Assembly: GCF_009914755.1 (NCBI RefSeq)
Contig: NC_060927.1
Strand: one strand, 5' to 3'
DNA from: the human T2T-CHM13v2.0 reference genome, Homo sapiens
Length of the DNA: 64,000 nucleotides
A program made the position numbers and the translations under genes. Below, one piece after another: positions 63,592 through 64,000 of this stretch. Positions within the stretch are counted from its first letter, which is position 1. Each line of letters begins with the position of its first letter. The notes beneath the pieces are model-generated. The model was not told where the DNA came from, did no database searches, and was given only the letters and a program-made list of their open reading frames with translations.

Positions 63592-64000
63592 GCCAAACAG
63601 GAACAGCTCCAGTCTACAGCTCCCAGAGTGAGCGACGCAGAAGACGAATGATTTCTGCATTTCCAATTGAGGTACCAGGTGCATCTCTCTGGGGATTGTC
63701 GGACAGTGGGTACAGGACAGTGGGTGCAGTGCACCGAGCCTGAGCTGAAACATGGCGAGGCATTGCCTCACCAGGGAAGTGCAAGGGGGCAGAGAATTCC
63801 CTTTCCTAGCCAAGGAAAGGGGTGACAGACAGCACCTGGAAAACCAGGTCACTCCCACCCTAATACTGTCCTTTTCTGACAGTCTTAGCAGACGGCACAC
63901 CAGGAGATTATATCCCACACGTGGCTCGGACGGTCCTACATCCACGGAGCCTCGCTCATTGCTAGCACAGCAGTCTGAGATCAAACTGCAAGGCAGCAGA
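63592..64000 (+). mobile_element. 5' UTR of an L1PA4-like element running off the window edge
   Basis: ggaacagctccagtctacagctcccag…gcagaagac…ggacagtgggtgcag; the antisense frame matches ORF0 (SLISDCCASN…). Confidence 0.92.

Overview
This is AT-rich, CpG-depleted hominid (human or great-ape) genomic DNA, intergenic or deep intronic. I cannot support any cellular protein-coding exon, RNA gene or CRISPR array. Every long ORF in the track derives from L1, Alu, LTR or tandem-repeat sequence. The window is dominated by retroelements: about 11 Alus, solo LTRs (MLT1C, LTR16, LTR9, MER41B, THE1, MST), old L2/MIR/L1M fragments and young L1s. Four features stand out. (1) An 11.2-kb L1 complex (31850-43090): an L1PA7/8-like insertion whose inverted arm duplicates kilobases of the other arm, later hit by a twin-primed L1PA2. 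(2) Five 95-178 bp patches of perfect identity, carrying 12 shared non-consensus bases, between that L1PA2 and an L1PA3 about 15-18 kb away; this suggests local non-allelic gene conversion or an assembly artefact. (3) A very homogeneous 13-unit 39/40-bp VNTR carrying E-box and SOX-like motifs, lying between a MER41B LTR with two intact GAS sites and a THE1 LTR with a DUX4 site. (4) Smaller items: a 232-bp fold-back palindrome, a GC-biased AluY, and an L1 5' UTR lacking its YY1 site with an extended ORF0 frame. Repeat subfamily names come from remembered consensus sequences and need RepeatMasker/Dfam confirmation. I see no evidence of a novel gene-encoded system.
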